A stretch of DNA of 64,000 bases, taken from the NCBI RefSeq assembly GCF_009914755.1, contig NC_060936.1; one strand, written 5' to 3'. The notes below the pieces were generated by a model. The model searched no databases. It saw nothing but the letters and a program-made list of their open reading frames with translations, and was not told where the DNA came from. The DNA is from the human T2T-CHM13v2.0 reference genome, Homo sapiens. The translations under genes and the position numbers were made by a program. Positions 63,809 to 64,000 of the stretch are shown here, piece after piece (within the stretch, counting starts at the first letter, position 1; every line of letters begins with the position of its first letter).

Positions 63809-64000
63809 GTCTCTAATTTCATTGTTCAGCTTCTCCTTCCCATAAGACTGTCAAGCCTCTCCAGAACACAGACTGTGCAGTATTGACCATTCCTTCTACT
63901 GTCCCATTTCTTAGCCCTGTCTTAGATACTCCTATCTCTGGGAGAATTTTGCTTGCATACCAGTATGTCTGTTGAAGAGAGCTCTTAATGCTAGGTCTTT

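Overview
Primate (very likely human) genomic DNA, dominated by repeats. About 80 Alu copies or fragments (my count by eye, roughly a third of the window) account for most ORFs in the track. Other repeats: LTR7 (HERV-H), MER4-group and MaLR (MLT1/MST/THE1) LTRs, a MER41 provirus remnant, Tigger1, L1PB/L1M and L2/MIR fragments. There is one clear processed pseudogene (RPL31, minus strand) and no intact known protein-coding gene that I can recognise. Most notable observations: (1) a 1102-bp tandem duplication with no differences found, whose breakpoints fall in 25 bp of Alu-Alu homology; (2) two independently inserted, inverted L1PB elements whose middle parts look homogenised by gene conversion, plus a converted Alu pair nearby; (3) three phase-compatible candidate exons in unique sequence at 10.6-13.1 kb that would encode a small single-pass membrane protein, the third exon being one base short of open (possible unitary pseudogene or microprotein; speculative); (4) a perfect 23-bp hairpin; (5) several small rearrangement scars. 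Repeat subfamily names are from memory of consensus sequences, identity values are visual estimates and repeat boundaries are approximate.
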